64,000 nucleotides of DNA from Candidatus Omnitrophota bacterium. GTDB lineage: Bacteria > Omnitrophota > Gorgyraeia > Zapsychrales > Zapsychraceae. Below, one piece after another: positions 39,601 through 46,735 of this stretch. Made by a program: the position numbers and the translations under genes. How positions within the stretch are numbered: the first letter of the stretch is position 1; the number at the start of each line of letters is the position of its first letter. Below the pieces are notes generated by a model that searched no databases, was not told the DNA's origin, and was given only the letters and a program-made list of their open reading frames with translations. Where the stretch lies: NCBI GenBank assembly GCA_020053475.1, contig JAGVNC010000084.1, positions 4,201-68,200 on the forward strand, given 5' to 3'.

Positions 39601-40608
39601 CTTGGCTTTGTTAAGAAGGTCCGGAATCTGCTTGACGAGTTCGCCCAGATCTGCGGCATTTTGAATGAGGCTGGCCGCATCATAAATGTCGGTCCCTTGC
39701 CCACACTTCCCTAAGATGTTTTGCTCGACGAAATCGCTTAGTGTTTGAGAAAAATCTGCAGCCGTGTCGTAATCAACCACCGCGTTGAGTTGATATTGAA
39801 AATTTTGTAACCCATTCAAAATATCCTGTTTACTTTCGCAGACTGTCAGTGCGGCATCTTGCACTAATCCAGTCATATCTCCGAGTAAATACGTAATCGT
39901 ATGCACGGCAGGATTATAGGAAGGATCGGCTTGACCGTTGAACCACTGCGTAAGTGAGATGAACAGATCATACAGTTCATTCGATCCGGCGCCGCACGCA
40001 AAGGAGCAGGGATTGTGGCTATTAAACCAGTCAACGAAATAGCCAAAACACACCGCGCTATTGCAGTCCACTTGGCTTTTCTGGGTGCCAGCATCGGGCG
40101 GGGGGGTAACAACCCGTCGGCTTTTGATGTCCACATCAACTCGTCCCTGTGGTGAATACAATCGCAACAGCAGCGTGCCCTTGTCATCTTTGACCACATC
40201 ACACAAGGCGACCCCTGAGGTGCCTTGCGCCTTATTGTGATGCTGGATCAGATACATGCCGGAGAGTTGTTCTGAAAAGAAGAGCGCGACCGTCATGGTT
40301 GCTTCTGGCGTGTCGAGCTGCACCGCGCGTTGGGTAGGGCGGAATCCTAACTCTTGGGCATAGCGATAGGCATCGCGAACTTGCGGATCTTCGCGAAGGA
40401 ACGTCGTCACTTCATCTGCCGTGAGATGACGAACTGTTGCACCAGAGAGTGTCTGTGATGGAAAGGCCGTGGTGCCGCGGGGTGCCGGTTCTGTGTCAGA
40501 AGCCGCGAGTCGAGGAGAGGCCATAAGAAAAATGGCCACGACGAGCGTCACTGCGAGACACCGTGTTGAGGTAGGACATCGTGCTCCAGCTTGACAAATG
40601 GGGAGCAT
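33694..40608 (-). CDS. 2304-aa secreted Cys-rich multidomain surface protein (ExCxGxDxxCDG repeats, Ig-like repeats, DUF2341-like modules)
   Basis: Signal peptide; ELCNGIDDNCDGITDEG-type repeats three times; duplicated IDNLPPVTS..PQGWQS.DALVTLTCTD.GGAGC Ig-like units; SLRVVD/IRVID modules; visibly higher GC than the flanks. Confidence 0.9.
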   Translation of the reverse strand: MLPICQAGARCPTSTRCLAVTLVVAIFLMASPRLAASDTEPAPRGTTAFPSQTLSGATVRHLTADEVTTFLREDPQVRDAYRYAQELGFRPTQRAVQLDTPEATMTVALFFSEQLSGMYLIQHHNKAQGTSGVALCDVVKDDKGTLLLRLYSPQGRVDVDIKSRRVVTPPPDAGTQKSQVDCNSAVCFGYFVDWFNSHNPCSFACGAGSNELYDLFISLTQWFNGQADPSYNPAVHTITYLLGDMTGLVQDAALTVCESKQDILNGLQNFQYQLNAVVDYDTAADFSQTLSDFVEQNILGKCGQGTDIYDAASLIQNAADLGELVKQIPDLLNKAKAFKIYGTMLLEGIGLKVFFDLLNCGFCSALAIGEISGGWLACQLNPCGYYPCETVCEAQNYSFSSSPYCKNDDVYVLTTQYQYGCSSTIPMEGICALQDTILQETLVQDCAYGCNPTTSQCKSSCSTGTPGAQELCNGIDDNCDGITDEGCSCVNGQTKPCGTDVGACSFGTQTCVSGQWGPCTGGQGPTTEVCPHDGVDNNCDGQTDENICGGDENECYNWTIVVNEPPYSGYVDTIKYGPYCANNYQWKHADVDNDGYLEHYMLAGDTYKVWFRCEVKSGYLVSDMVNFAQTMSYGCYDGDCDEKVENAVTVTKTYTGPVNEIGFPDILCLSNYPAGNPYGYGFYGGKLWEYWDTNENGQFDVGEHSENYLVLNCGADADCGPGNYCKKPDSNPLSNVCVSCLQAELCNDGVDNDCDGFVDCNDGDCGLGVPAKNGFCCGAACSVNGGNCVEASPTGQTCSDGSCNTYGEACRNGELESSLQCAGTTMTCSGGGSCEEAFGAPPSCDETTPHEDACEHGGSFNERACEVTGTDCVLSAESTCGAPQYCDEKEQDACSSLAIFQCDWQGGSGDDVAEICAAACGADASCDQVFPGSDLPGCAVGKTYFSDTCSAICTGEDNAPICRSSLYAAGCTADPACEGVMAGTQDCTLACQQNTPPTPPTAMQCNDGNCTGLFSGTIDVVCSGATDAQQDPLVYTAEEWHEDEQDVQQPGWWNPAFPKCFTVTLDTASPLAYESEPVDLMLDASVWTEAPFKDSLRVVDAACGAGGQEIPSQTYESTLVGTTYQSTRLVFLATRPAGTPVAYGIYYATTDQGAPTYSSDLVHTGDCVSADCTIENAVVKAWLDHAGGVIHELVYKPFSLTQGLIGWDYENAPDSDGSLGMLTNTTWTGPGTAIFDRTVTDAACSVTASGPVVVEVTCAKPGGLAWQAFRFYRGSPWIDVRSSFNGGTAWGDTVAFYTGGSTGPTPFSYSYGSNPSVYTASASAPVLTFGDQERTRVAISKSESNLSLEQVLAMTYASQLPHPLGVSNNGGQPSFGGTWYPLSVQPFPSGTIHPWRLIFTTGSLEQAMGPQSVEAYDRFVAPLVPTFKAWTPIGTHPAGGSVLWDTSAFDAIENVHLRCVASAEGQQSQPLVSSGTLTIDNLPPVTSGVFPQGWQSMDALVTLTCTDSGGAGCATIDYCVDQENACLPLTPYQAPVLISNEGTHYLRIQAKDNAGNLETIQSHIVLLDKTPPSLVIESPTNNSVYPLADLPVVYEAADALSGIQSCWYTLDDGMAQTLPACEHTILQQLSPGPHNLTIGASDVLGHETATTVAFTIDNLPPVTSASVPQGWQSTDALVTLTCTDAGGAGCATTLYCLDQNNSCVPFLTYSAPFFISTEGTNYLRFHSQDIVNNSETIQVASIALDITPPAITLESPKDITYAALPIPLSYTVTDAFSGVASCWYTLDESPPQALPSCAPTTLQVTAGPHSLTLFANDAVGHPAFTSVTFTLNTPPTIPTSLSCNGAVCKGTFFESVALACSGSSDSPGDLLMYDVEASLGTWQSCRTVTFTDPLPQPIPRPATPVFLDLSMFGGQANAIRVIDAPCGQGGNEVPSYASLLQGTITFLADIQGKTNYAIYYGNSGASLPTYPGSIIANDNYLSWAPQTDISLNCELSASIGRVTCNHQYPTGYVFNTAYPGAAGPAVALSFYADGWHTFDFTLQESSATYAFWRAVAKQGTGWAAEIHAWSNAKSPLLRIIRTGPPITLNEVRFFDTRYYNPSFDTWISTSMDGTLASVLIPGFATMQVGWPPLSGYWSSTTGEALLFLPGPDTAAKLDHTAKGFCLSGPASSCNYALTNSTAITMLPGETLTLFLEDFPTFQLDTPAPAFERALAAAVPPAIEIGEEVYEVYGGDWNLIGTHSAGEAVVWNLNTLSEKAQALLRCRAIDTVGAASPYYTHDTPITVTPSTITPKSPPIPTKTRL

Positions 40609-40759
40609 TACAACGCCTCTAAATCTTTGGGGTTAATCCGCCACTTCCCAATCTTAGTAGCGCGGATGTGTTTTTCCCGAATAAGTTTACGAACTCTGTA
40701 TTCAGTTAACCCAATCTGTTTAGCAACCTGCTCTCTACAGTTAAATATCCCCTAAGCAA
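40608..40759 (-). pseudogene. Excisionase-like HTH (HTH_17) gene, frameshifted
   Basis: LRGYLTVE / QVAKQIGLTEYRVRKLIREKHIRATKIGKWRINPKDLEAL*, with an extra AG in GTA GAG AG CAG. Confidence 0.75.
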
Positions 40760-40970
40760 TATAATATAGCCTTTATTTTAGATTGTTTAACATGATTTCA
40801 CATCATACCACATTTAAAATTTTATTAACAATCAATTCTTCCCTGGCATCATGGAATGGTTTTTCTTTATTTCCTATCTACTCAATCCATTCCGGCTTAA
40901 TTTTCCAATCGCCTGTTGGGAAAACTTTTTCCGTTGTCAACCATATCATTTGGGGATCCTTTCGACAGCG

Positions 40971-41489
40971 CTATAGCCCTACTTTCAACCCATACATCTT
41001 AATCAATTCCAGAAAGGCTTCGGCGTTGCCCTTGGCGTCGTCAACCGGATTGTGTGTGTGCTTGGTTTTGCGTAAATGCTTAAAATTTTTGGAGGTATCC
41101 CTTACCAACCCTTTATAAAGCGAACCTAAATTCATCGATGAATGGCCAAAAGGGTTCTTGCCAAGAAAATGATGGAAATACCAATTAATAAACTGCCAGT
41201 CAAAACCATTATTGTCGGATATGAATATCGGCCGCCCTTTTATATTGTCAGCCAGCCATTTATCGAAAGATTCCATGACAGTTTTGGAGTTGTCGAAGTT
41301 CAATGTTTCTTCCCGGCTGAATCCCGAAACCTTTAATGCCTCCGGCTCCCATTTTCCCGAAATCGGTTTTAACTTTTTATAGAAAGTCCTTGATAGCGAC
41401 GGCTCAACAATAATTGCTCCAAAGCAAACCATCGAATAATCGCCCGGGATAGGGCCGTCGGCTTCAATATCGACAATGACGTAGCTCAT
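40971..41489 (-). CDS. DEDDh 3'-5' exonuclease (DnaQ/RNase T-like)
   Basis: VDIEADGP, FDWQF and HTHNPVDDA motifs. Confidence 0.88.
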   Translation of the reverse strand: MSYVIVDIEADGPIPGDYSMVCFGAIIVEPSLSRTFYKKLKPISGKWEPEALKVSGFSREETLNFDNSKTVMESFDKWLADNIKGRPIFISDNNGFDWQFINWYFHHFLGKNPFGHSSMNLGSLYKGLVRDTSKNFKHLRKTKHTHNPVDDAKGNAEAFLELIKMYGLKVGL

Positions 41490-41595
41490 AATATCTCAGT
41501 TCAAGTTATGTAAGTTTCTTGTAGCCGTTACCATACATAAAAATGCACGAATGTTACAGAAAATGGAATGTTCATGCGTTGAAGGCTGTGTTTCC

Positions 41596-42507
41596 TTATC
41601 CCCACGGTCCCGGGGCTTTCCATTCGCCTGGTATGTTGGCTTTATCGTTGATGGCCAATATGACCGGCTCAAGAAACTCGTTTATTTTCTGCATGATCGC
41701 GGGAAAATGATCGGTGATCTTTTTTTCCCTGATTTTGCGCAGGTAGGCCTGCCATTGTTTCTGCCTGTTTTTATCTTCGAAAAACTCCCCCGTAAAAACC
41801 ACCGGATTTTCCGGCAATGGTGTTTCGCGCCTTGAAAACGCAGCCTGCACGGCCTTAAAGAGAACTTTCCCGGTGAAATTATCGGAAAGAGCAAGGGAAT
41901 AAATATCGTAGAAATCCTTCATGCGGCTGTTCACGAAACTTAATTTGATCATGGCCTCGAACTTTTCCGCGATCATGCTTTCCAGCGAGTAGACCTTTAA
42001 CCGGGGATGCCGGTCCTCCAGGATAGTCGGGAAATCCATCTCAAGCGGTTGAGGAACAATGTCGTCTCCGAAGCCCACATCGATTTGTAATATTTTTCGC
42101 GCCTTTCCTAGAGTTGCCTTGATTTTCAGCCTTATGCCATGATACTCTGCTCCTTCTTTTATGTCTTCTGAATGTACGGATCCGGGATCAAAGATTATCC
42201 CGTCAGCGTATTCAATGCGGGCGATGTCCTGAATGATCGCTTCCAGGCCACGGTGTGAATTCTTAATGCGCTGCGCCAGGAAATCAATGTCGATGGTGGG
42301 CCGTGAATGAGGAACGTCATGACAGACCAGCAGAAGCCCTCCTTTGAGCACAAAAGAGCCGGAATGCTTGCTGACAGACAGACGGTATAAAAACCTCTCC
42401 TGCATGTAGCGTAATAAAAGGGCATCAAAGTCGATGCCCTGGGATCTGGCCAGATTCAATAATTTTGCCTTTATGGAGGCCGGTTTATTTTTGATGTTTT
42501 CTATCAT
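41596..42507 (-). CDS. AbiEii nucleotidyltransferase toxin
   Basis: ERFLYRLS, FVLKGG, RPTIDIDF, AEKFEAM and NSRMKDFYD motifs. Confidence 0.93.
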   Translation of the reverse strand: MIENIKNKPASIKAKLLNLARSQGIDFDALLLRYMQERFLYRLSVSKHSGSFVLKGGLLLVCHDVPHSRPTIDIDFLAQRIKNSHRGLEAIIQDIARIEYADGIIFDPGSVHSEDIKEGAEYHGIRLKIKATLGKARKILQIDVGFGDDIVPQPLEMDFPTILEDRHPRLKVYSLESMIAEKFEAMIKLSFVNSRMKDFYDIYSLALSDNFTGKVLFKAVQAAFSRRETPLPENPVVFTGEFFEDKNRQKQWQAYLRKIREKKITDHFPAIMQKINEFLEPVILAINDKANIPGEWKAPGPWG

Positions 42508-42512
42508 CGTTG

Positions 42513-43118
42513 TTAAATCATGGCGTTCAGCCACGTCTGAAGCACCGGTTTGACGCGGCAGACGGCGGCAAGTTCCAGGAGTTTTTCAATATTGCGGTTC
42601 TTCCGTTTCAGGTATTCCGTCAGGGCCTCTTTGGCCGTGTCCACTCCAAGTTTGTTTCGATAGCGAAAGCAGTCGCAGATCGTTTTCTCCGGAGAATAAA
42701 TCCTGATCTTCTGATTTTTGACCATGATGGTCTCTACACCGGCATGAAACTGTTTTTCGGAAAAATAGTAGAATTCAACCGGCGGGTATTTAATTTTGGG
42801 ACGCCAGGCTTTCCGATGAATGGCCACAGAAACAACCGAAGGATTGAACGTTGTCAGCTGGTAATAGGAAAGCGCGGAAAGCAGGCAAATAACCCCTTCC
42901 GGAACGGCCTGTGCAATGTCAATAAAACTTTGGTGAGAAACAACAGAAACTTCACTCAGTCTGTAAAGTCCAGTTTTGACTTTATTGATAATCCCTTCGT
43001 CAACCATGGCTCGGATATCTCGCGGGTGCACTCCTTTGGCAAGAAGTTCGCCTGTTCGCGCGTAGCCTTTATGGGCATTGAATATTTGTCGGATTTTCTG
43101 ATATTTCTGATTTGTCAT
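42513..43118 (-). CDS. AbiEi antitoxin
   Basis: wHTH GLYRL, GVICLLSALSYYQLTT and IYSPEKTICDCFRYRNKLG motifs. Confidence 0.93.
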   Translation of the reverse strand: MTNQKYQKIRQIFNAHKGYARTGELLAKGVHPRDIRAMVDEGIINKVKTGLYRLSEVSVVSHQSFIDIAQAVPEGVICLLSALSYYQLTTFNPSVVSVAIHRKAWRPKIKYPPVEFYYFSEKQFHAGVETIMVKNQKIRIYSPEKTICDCFRYRNKLGVDTAKEALTEYLKRKNRNIEKLLELAAVCRVKPVLQTWLNAMI

Positions 43119-43130
43119 GACATTTTTATA

Positions 43131-43178
43131 TGGATAAACTAATAGGCGGATTATAACATATGCCTATGAAACTATCCA
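43131..43178 (-). promoter_or_regulatory. abiE promoter with inverted-repeat operator
   Basis: Minus strand TGGATA-17-TATAAT with TG extension; palindrome TGGATA-n5-ATAGGC-n14-GCCTAT-n5-TATCCA. Confidence 0.7.
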
Positions 43179-43221
43179 GTGTAAATTTTTGTTTGGGGCC
43201 CGATAACGCAACCCTCTCTCT

Positions 43222-44547
43222 TTACTTAACCTCCCAAAGGTGTTTGCGGGTTTCTTCCACAACAACCCCGCTTAAGACAAGCAAGGAGATCAAATTGGGA
43301 ATGGCCATGCAGGCATTGGTAATATCCGCCAACGACCAGACAATCGGCAATGACAAAACCGATCCGGCCATGACCGCCCCCACCCAAAGATAGCGGTAAG
43401 GCTTAATGGCTTTGCTGCCAAAGAGATATTCACAGGCCTTTTCGCCGTAATACGACCATCCCAAAATCGTGGCAATCACAAACGTAAAAAGGCTCACGCT
43501 TAAGACAATAGGCCCGATGACAGGGATGTCATCAAACGCCGCTTTGGCCAAACCAGCCCCATTTAAGCCTAATGTCCAGGCCCCGGAATTCACATACACC
43601 AAACCTGTCAGGGCACACATGACGACCGTGTCCCAAAACGTCCCCGTCGATGAAACGAGCGCTTGACGCACAGGGTTTTTGGTCTGGGCCGCTGCCGCCA
43701 CAATCGCGCCACTTCCCATCCCTGATTCGTTGGAGAAAAGTCCACGGGCGACACCATAACGGACGGCTTCCTTCATCGTGGCCCCCAAAAATCCGCCGAT
43801 CGCGGCCTGGCCCGTAAAAGCGCTTTGAAAAATCAACACAATGGCTTGGGGAAGCGTATCAAATTTTAAAACCAAGAGAATCAGGCATCCTAAAATATTA
43901 AAGATGGCCATGAAAGGAACCAGCGTTTCACACGCTCGGGAAATCGATTTGATGCCTCCCAAAATCACAGCGCCCGTTAACACCATGATGACTAGGCCCG
44001 TGATCCAATGGGGGATATGAAACGTTTCATACACTAGCACAGCCGCCGAATTGGCTTGGACCATATTGCCGATGCCGATGGCTGTGATGGCCGTAAAAAC
44101 CGCAAACAAAACACCCAGCCATTTGCAATTCATCCCCTTCTCCAACACGTACATGGGGCCCCCGGCCATGGCTCCATCCTTGGTCTTTACGCGATATTTC
44201 GATGATAATAAAGCTTCGGCGTATTTCGTCGAGATGCCAAACACGCCTGTAATCCATAACCAAAAAATGGCACCCGGCCCGCCGGAAGCCACCGCAGTGG
44301 CCACACCGACAATATTCCCTGCGCCAATCGTCGCCGCCAACGCCGTCGTCAATGCCCCGAATTGGCTGACATCCCCTTCCCCTTCTTTGGATCGTTCGAA
44401 GGAAATCTTAATGGCCTTGCCGATGTAACGTTGAATAAATCTTAAACGAAATGTTAAAAAAAGATGTGTCCCGCATAAAATCGCCAACGTCCAGGGTCCC
44501 CAAACCCAATTGCTTAGTTCCCCTAGAAATTTTTCCAACTCATGCAT
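43222..44547 (-). CDS. Sodium:alanine symporter (AGCS family)
   Basis: GNIVGVA.A...GGPGA.FW, GGPMYVL and RGLFSNESGMGS motifs; start MHELEK follows GGAGG. Confidence 0.93.
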   Translation of the reverse strand: MHELEKFLGELSNWVWGPWTLAILCGTHLFLTFRLRFIQRYIGKAIKISFERSKEGEGDVSQFGALTTALAATIGAGNIVGVATAVASGGPGAIFWLWITGVFGISTKYAEALLSSKYRVKTKDGAMAGGPMYVLEKGMNCKWLGVLFAVFTAITAIGIGNMVQANSAAVLVYETFHIPHWITGLVIMVLTGAVILGGIKSISRACETLVPFMAIFNILGCLILLVLKFDTLPQAIVLIFQSAFTGQAAIGGFLGATMKEAVRYGVARGLFSNESGMGSGAIVAAAAQTKNPVRQALVSSTGTFWDTVVMCALTGLVYVNSGAWTLGLNGAGLAKAAFDDIPVIGPIVLSVSLFTFVIATILGWSYYGEKACEYLFGSKAIKPYRYLWVGAVMAGSVLSLPIVWSLADITNACMAIPNLISLLVLSGVVVEETRKHLWEVK

Positions 44548-46141
44548 AGGGCCTCCCTGTCCCGCCAAGGCGGGACTTAAATGATCCGTCATTGATCTTA
44601 AAAATGGATGCAGGTTTATTATACCAAGAGCCAAAAAATCTTTTGAGGAATAATATCAAAATTAATAGCCCTGTCCCACCCAGATAATAAATGACCACTT
44701 GCCAAAAATTGACACTCTTAATCAAGAAGTAGGCCCCGGGGAGTTGATCCATCAAATAGATGCTGGCGACAACCACGTTTAACAGTAATTTGAGGCAAAG
44801 GGCAAACATCTGAGCACAATATCCCGAGATAAAGGCGAACGCTAACAGTCCTAATCCTAACGCCACGACCGCACTCATCAGAGGAATCACAATTAAATTG
44901 GCCACAAAAATGATGGGAGTAACGATTTGAAAATAATAGGCAATGAATCCCGCTAACCCTAACCACACGGATAAAGAAATGCCCAAGGCATTGATCAGCC
45001 ATTTGGCATATTGACTGGAAAAGGAAGACGCAATCAATTCGAGCCGGGGCCCTACTAAAATAATAATCAGAACAGCCAAAAAAGATAACTGAAACCCAAT
45101 ATCAAACAAATGAAAAGGATTGATCAATAATAACAGCAGTCCGGCTAATCCTAATGTATTGAACGAATCCGTTGGCCTCTCTAGCAGAAACCCCAAGAGA
45201 AAAACAATGATCATGATTGTCGCCCGTACCACCGAAGGCGGCGATCCTGTTAAGACACAATAAACAATCAATAATCCAATGGCCAGCCAAAGCTGTGTTT
45301 TGCGGCCGATCGGGAATATTTTGAGAATCAACAGGAATAATCCCGCGACAATGCCGACATTAAATCCGCTGATGGCCAAGACATGCACGGTCCCTGTATG
45401 TTCAAACAAGTCCATAATATGCGTCGGGATGGCCGCCCTGTCTCCCAAAATCATCGCACTCATCAAGCCCGCCTCGGCAGGAGACAGATATTGGTCAAAA
45501 ACGCTTGTCAGATGATCCCTCCAGCGAAAAATAGCGGCCAGCCATTGATATTGATATCCCGTTTTCAAAATTTCGACCGACGCTTGGCGCCCGACGCTTA
45601 AAATCCAATAGACGCCCTTCATTTCCAAATAATCCGTGTAGGAAAAATTCCCATCGGAGAAATTATACGGGCGGTGCAACTTGCCTTCGATACGCAAAAG
45701 GTCACCGCAGTGAATCTCTTTGTCCTGAAACACATTGACCAACACTTTTCCGCTCTTTGGGCGCCAGCCCCAGGGCGTTTTAATTTCTTCAACCTGCAGC
45801 GTAAACACTTTTTTCTTCTTGTTAAAAAAAGACCGTGTTTCGACGTCCGTGGCCACCGTGCCTTTGAGCGTTGTTAATTTTCCTGAATAATATCGCGCCA
45901 CGTGATGAATATGGTCTCGCGGGAGAACCTCAACATTTTGTGCATAAAGAAAACTCACGCCGATCAAGGCTGCGCCCAGGCAAACATTCCAACAAATGGG
46001 CCGATGCCGGCCCAACATGGCAACGAAAAGAAACAAACAGCTTAACGCCACGACGCCGGAGAATGAGGCAGAAATGTAACGATGACAAATAATCCCAATC
46101 GCCCAAAACATAAAAATTCCGACAAAAGGCCGTTGGGTCAT
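44540..46141 (-). CDS. comEC: Competence protein ComEC (no MBL domain)
   Basis: OB-like N-domain, GTVHVLAISGFNV, PSVVRA and GFQLSF motifs. Confidence 0.9.
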   Translation of the reverse strand: MTQRPFVGIFMFWAIGIICHRYISASFSGVVALSCLFLFVAMLGRHRPICWNVCLGAALIGVSFLYAQNVEVLPRDHIHHVARYYSGKLTTLKGTVATDVETRSFFNKKKKVFTLQVEEIKTPWGWRPKSGKVLVNVFQDKEIHCGDLLRIEGKLHRPYNFSDGNFSYTDYLEMKGVYWILSVGRQASVEILKTGYQYQWLAAIFRWRDHLTSVFDQYLSPAEAGLMSAMILGDRAAIPTHIMDLFEHTGTVHVLAISGFNVGIVAGLFLLILKIFPIGRKTQLWLAIGLLIVYCVLTGSPPSVVRATIMIIVFLLGFLLERPTDSFNTLGLAGLLLLLINPFHLFDIGFQLSFLAVLIIILVGPRLELIASSFSSQYAKWLINALGISLSVWLGLAGFIAYYFQIVTPIIFVANLIVIPLMSAVVALGLGLLAFAFISGYCAQMFALCLKLLLNVVVASIYLMDQLPGAYFLIKSVNFWQVVIYYLGGTGLLILILFLKRFFGSWYNKPASIFKINDGSFKSRLGGTGRPYA

Positions 46142-46494
46142 GGCACTTTCCTCTTTTGGGAAATTTTTAAATAGGGAGCGAATCGTTGAAAATTCTTAGA
46201 CTTGATTCCTTTGATCGATTTGAGTTCTTCTAAGGACGTTAACGGGCCGTGGTCTTGGCGGTAACGAATGATTTGTTGGGCGCTGGAATCCCCGATAAAG
46301 GGAAGCGCGACCAACTCTTCCTGGGTGGCGCGGTTAATATCCACTTTTGGGTACAGGTGGTTGCCTTCAATGACACTAACAATGTTGCTCAGAAAAGGGT
46401 ATTTCTGCAGGGCATAGTGGAAGACCGATCCCGCGAGAACCACGGAGAGGAAAATCAACAACACTTTCTTTTCTTGGGACGTTAAATGAAACAT
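46138..46494 (-). CDS. comEA: ComEA-like HhH DNA-binding protein
   Basis: VDINRATQEELVALPFIG...IIRYR...IKGI. Confidence 0.88.
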   Translation of the reverse strand: MFHLTSQEKKVLLIFLSVVLAGSVFHYALQKYPFLSNIVSVIEGNHLYPKVDINRATQEELVALPFIGDSSAQQIIRYRQDHGPLTSLEELKSIKGIKSKNFQRFAPYLKISQKRKVP

Positions 46495-46624
46495 TCGCTT
46501 AAAGGCGAATGGGGAATCGGGGGATTAACGCGAAAGCGTTACACGTAGTATATCCAAGATCAGAGAAAATGCAAAATATTTTATCGGCTGAGGGAATAGC
46601 TCCAAACGTGTCCGGCCGGACACT

Positions 46625-46699
46625 TTTACACTACAATTGGGGCCGCGCGGCCCCAATTGTAGTGTAAACGTTGCCCGCCGGCGAGAATTGTAGTGTAAA
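46625..46699. repeat. Perfect 44-bp palindrome plus a third partial arm
   Basis: tttacactacaattggggccgc|gcggccccaattgtagtgtaaa (46625-46668); aattgtagtgtaaa again at 46686-46699. Confidence 0.9.
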
Positions 46700-46735
46700 T
46701 TATTTTTCATATGCTCCTTAACTTGCATTGATTTT

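Noticed and set aside
33806-40202. Many overlapping 60-220 aa ORFs inside the giant gene
   Set aside because: Expected stop-poor shadow frames of GC-rich coding DNA, with no recognisable motifs.
33249-40742. 9-bp inverted match aactgtaga/tctacagtt flanking the giant gene
   Set aside because: Too short to exceed chance, and no target-site duplication was seen.
44548-44634. N-terminal extension of the alanine symporter in the ORF track
   Set aside because: It overlaps comEC; a GGAGG-preceded ATG at 44547 is the better start.
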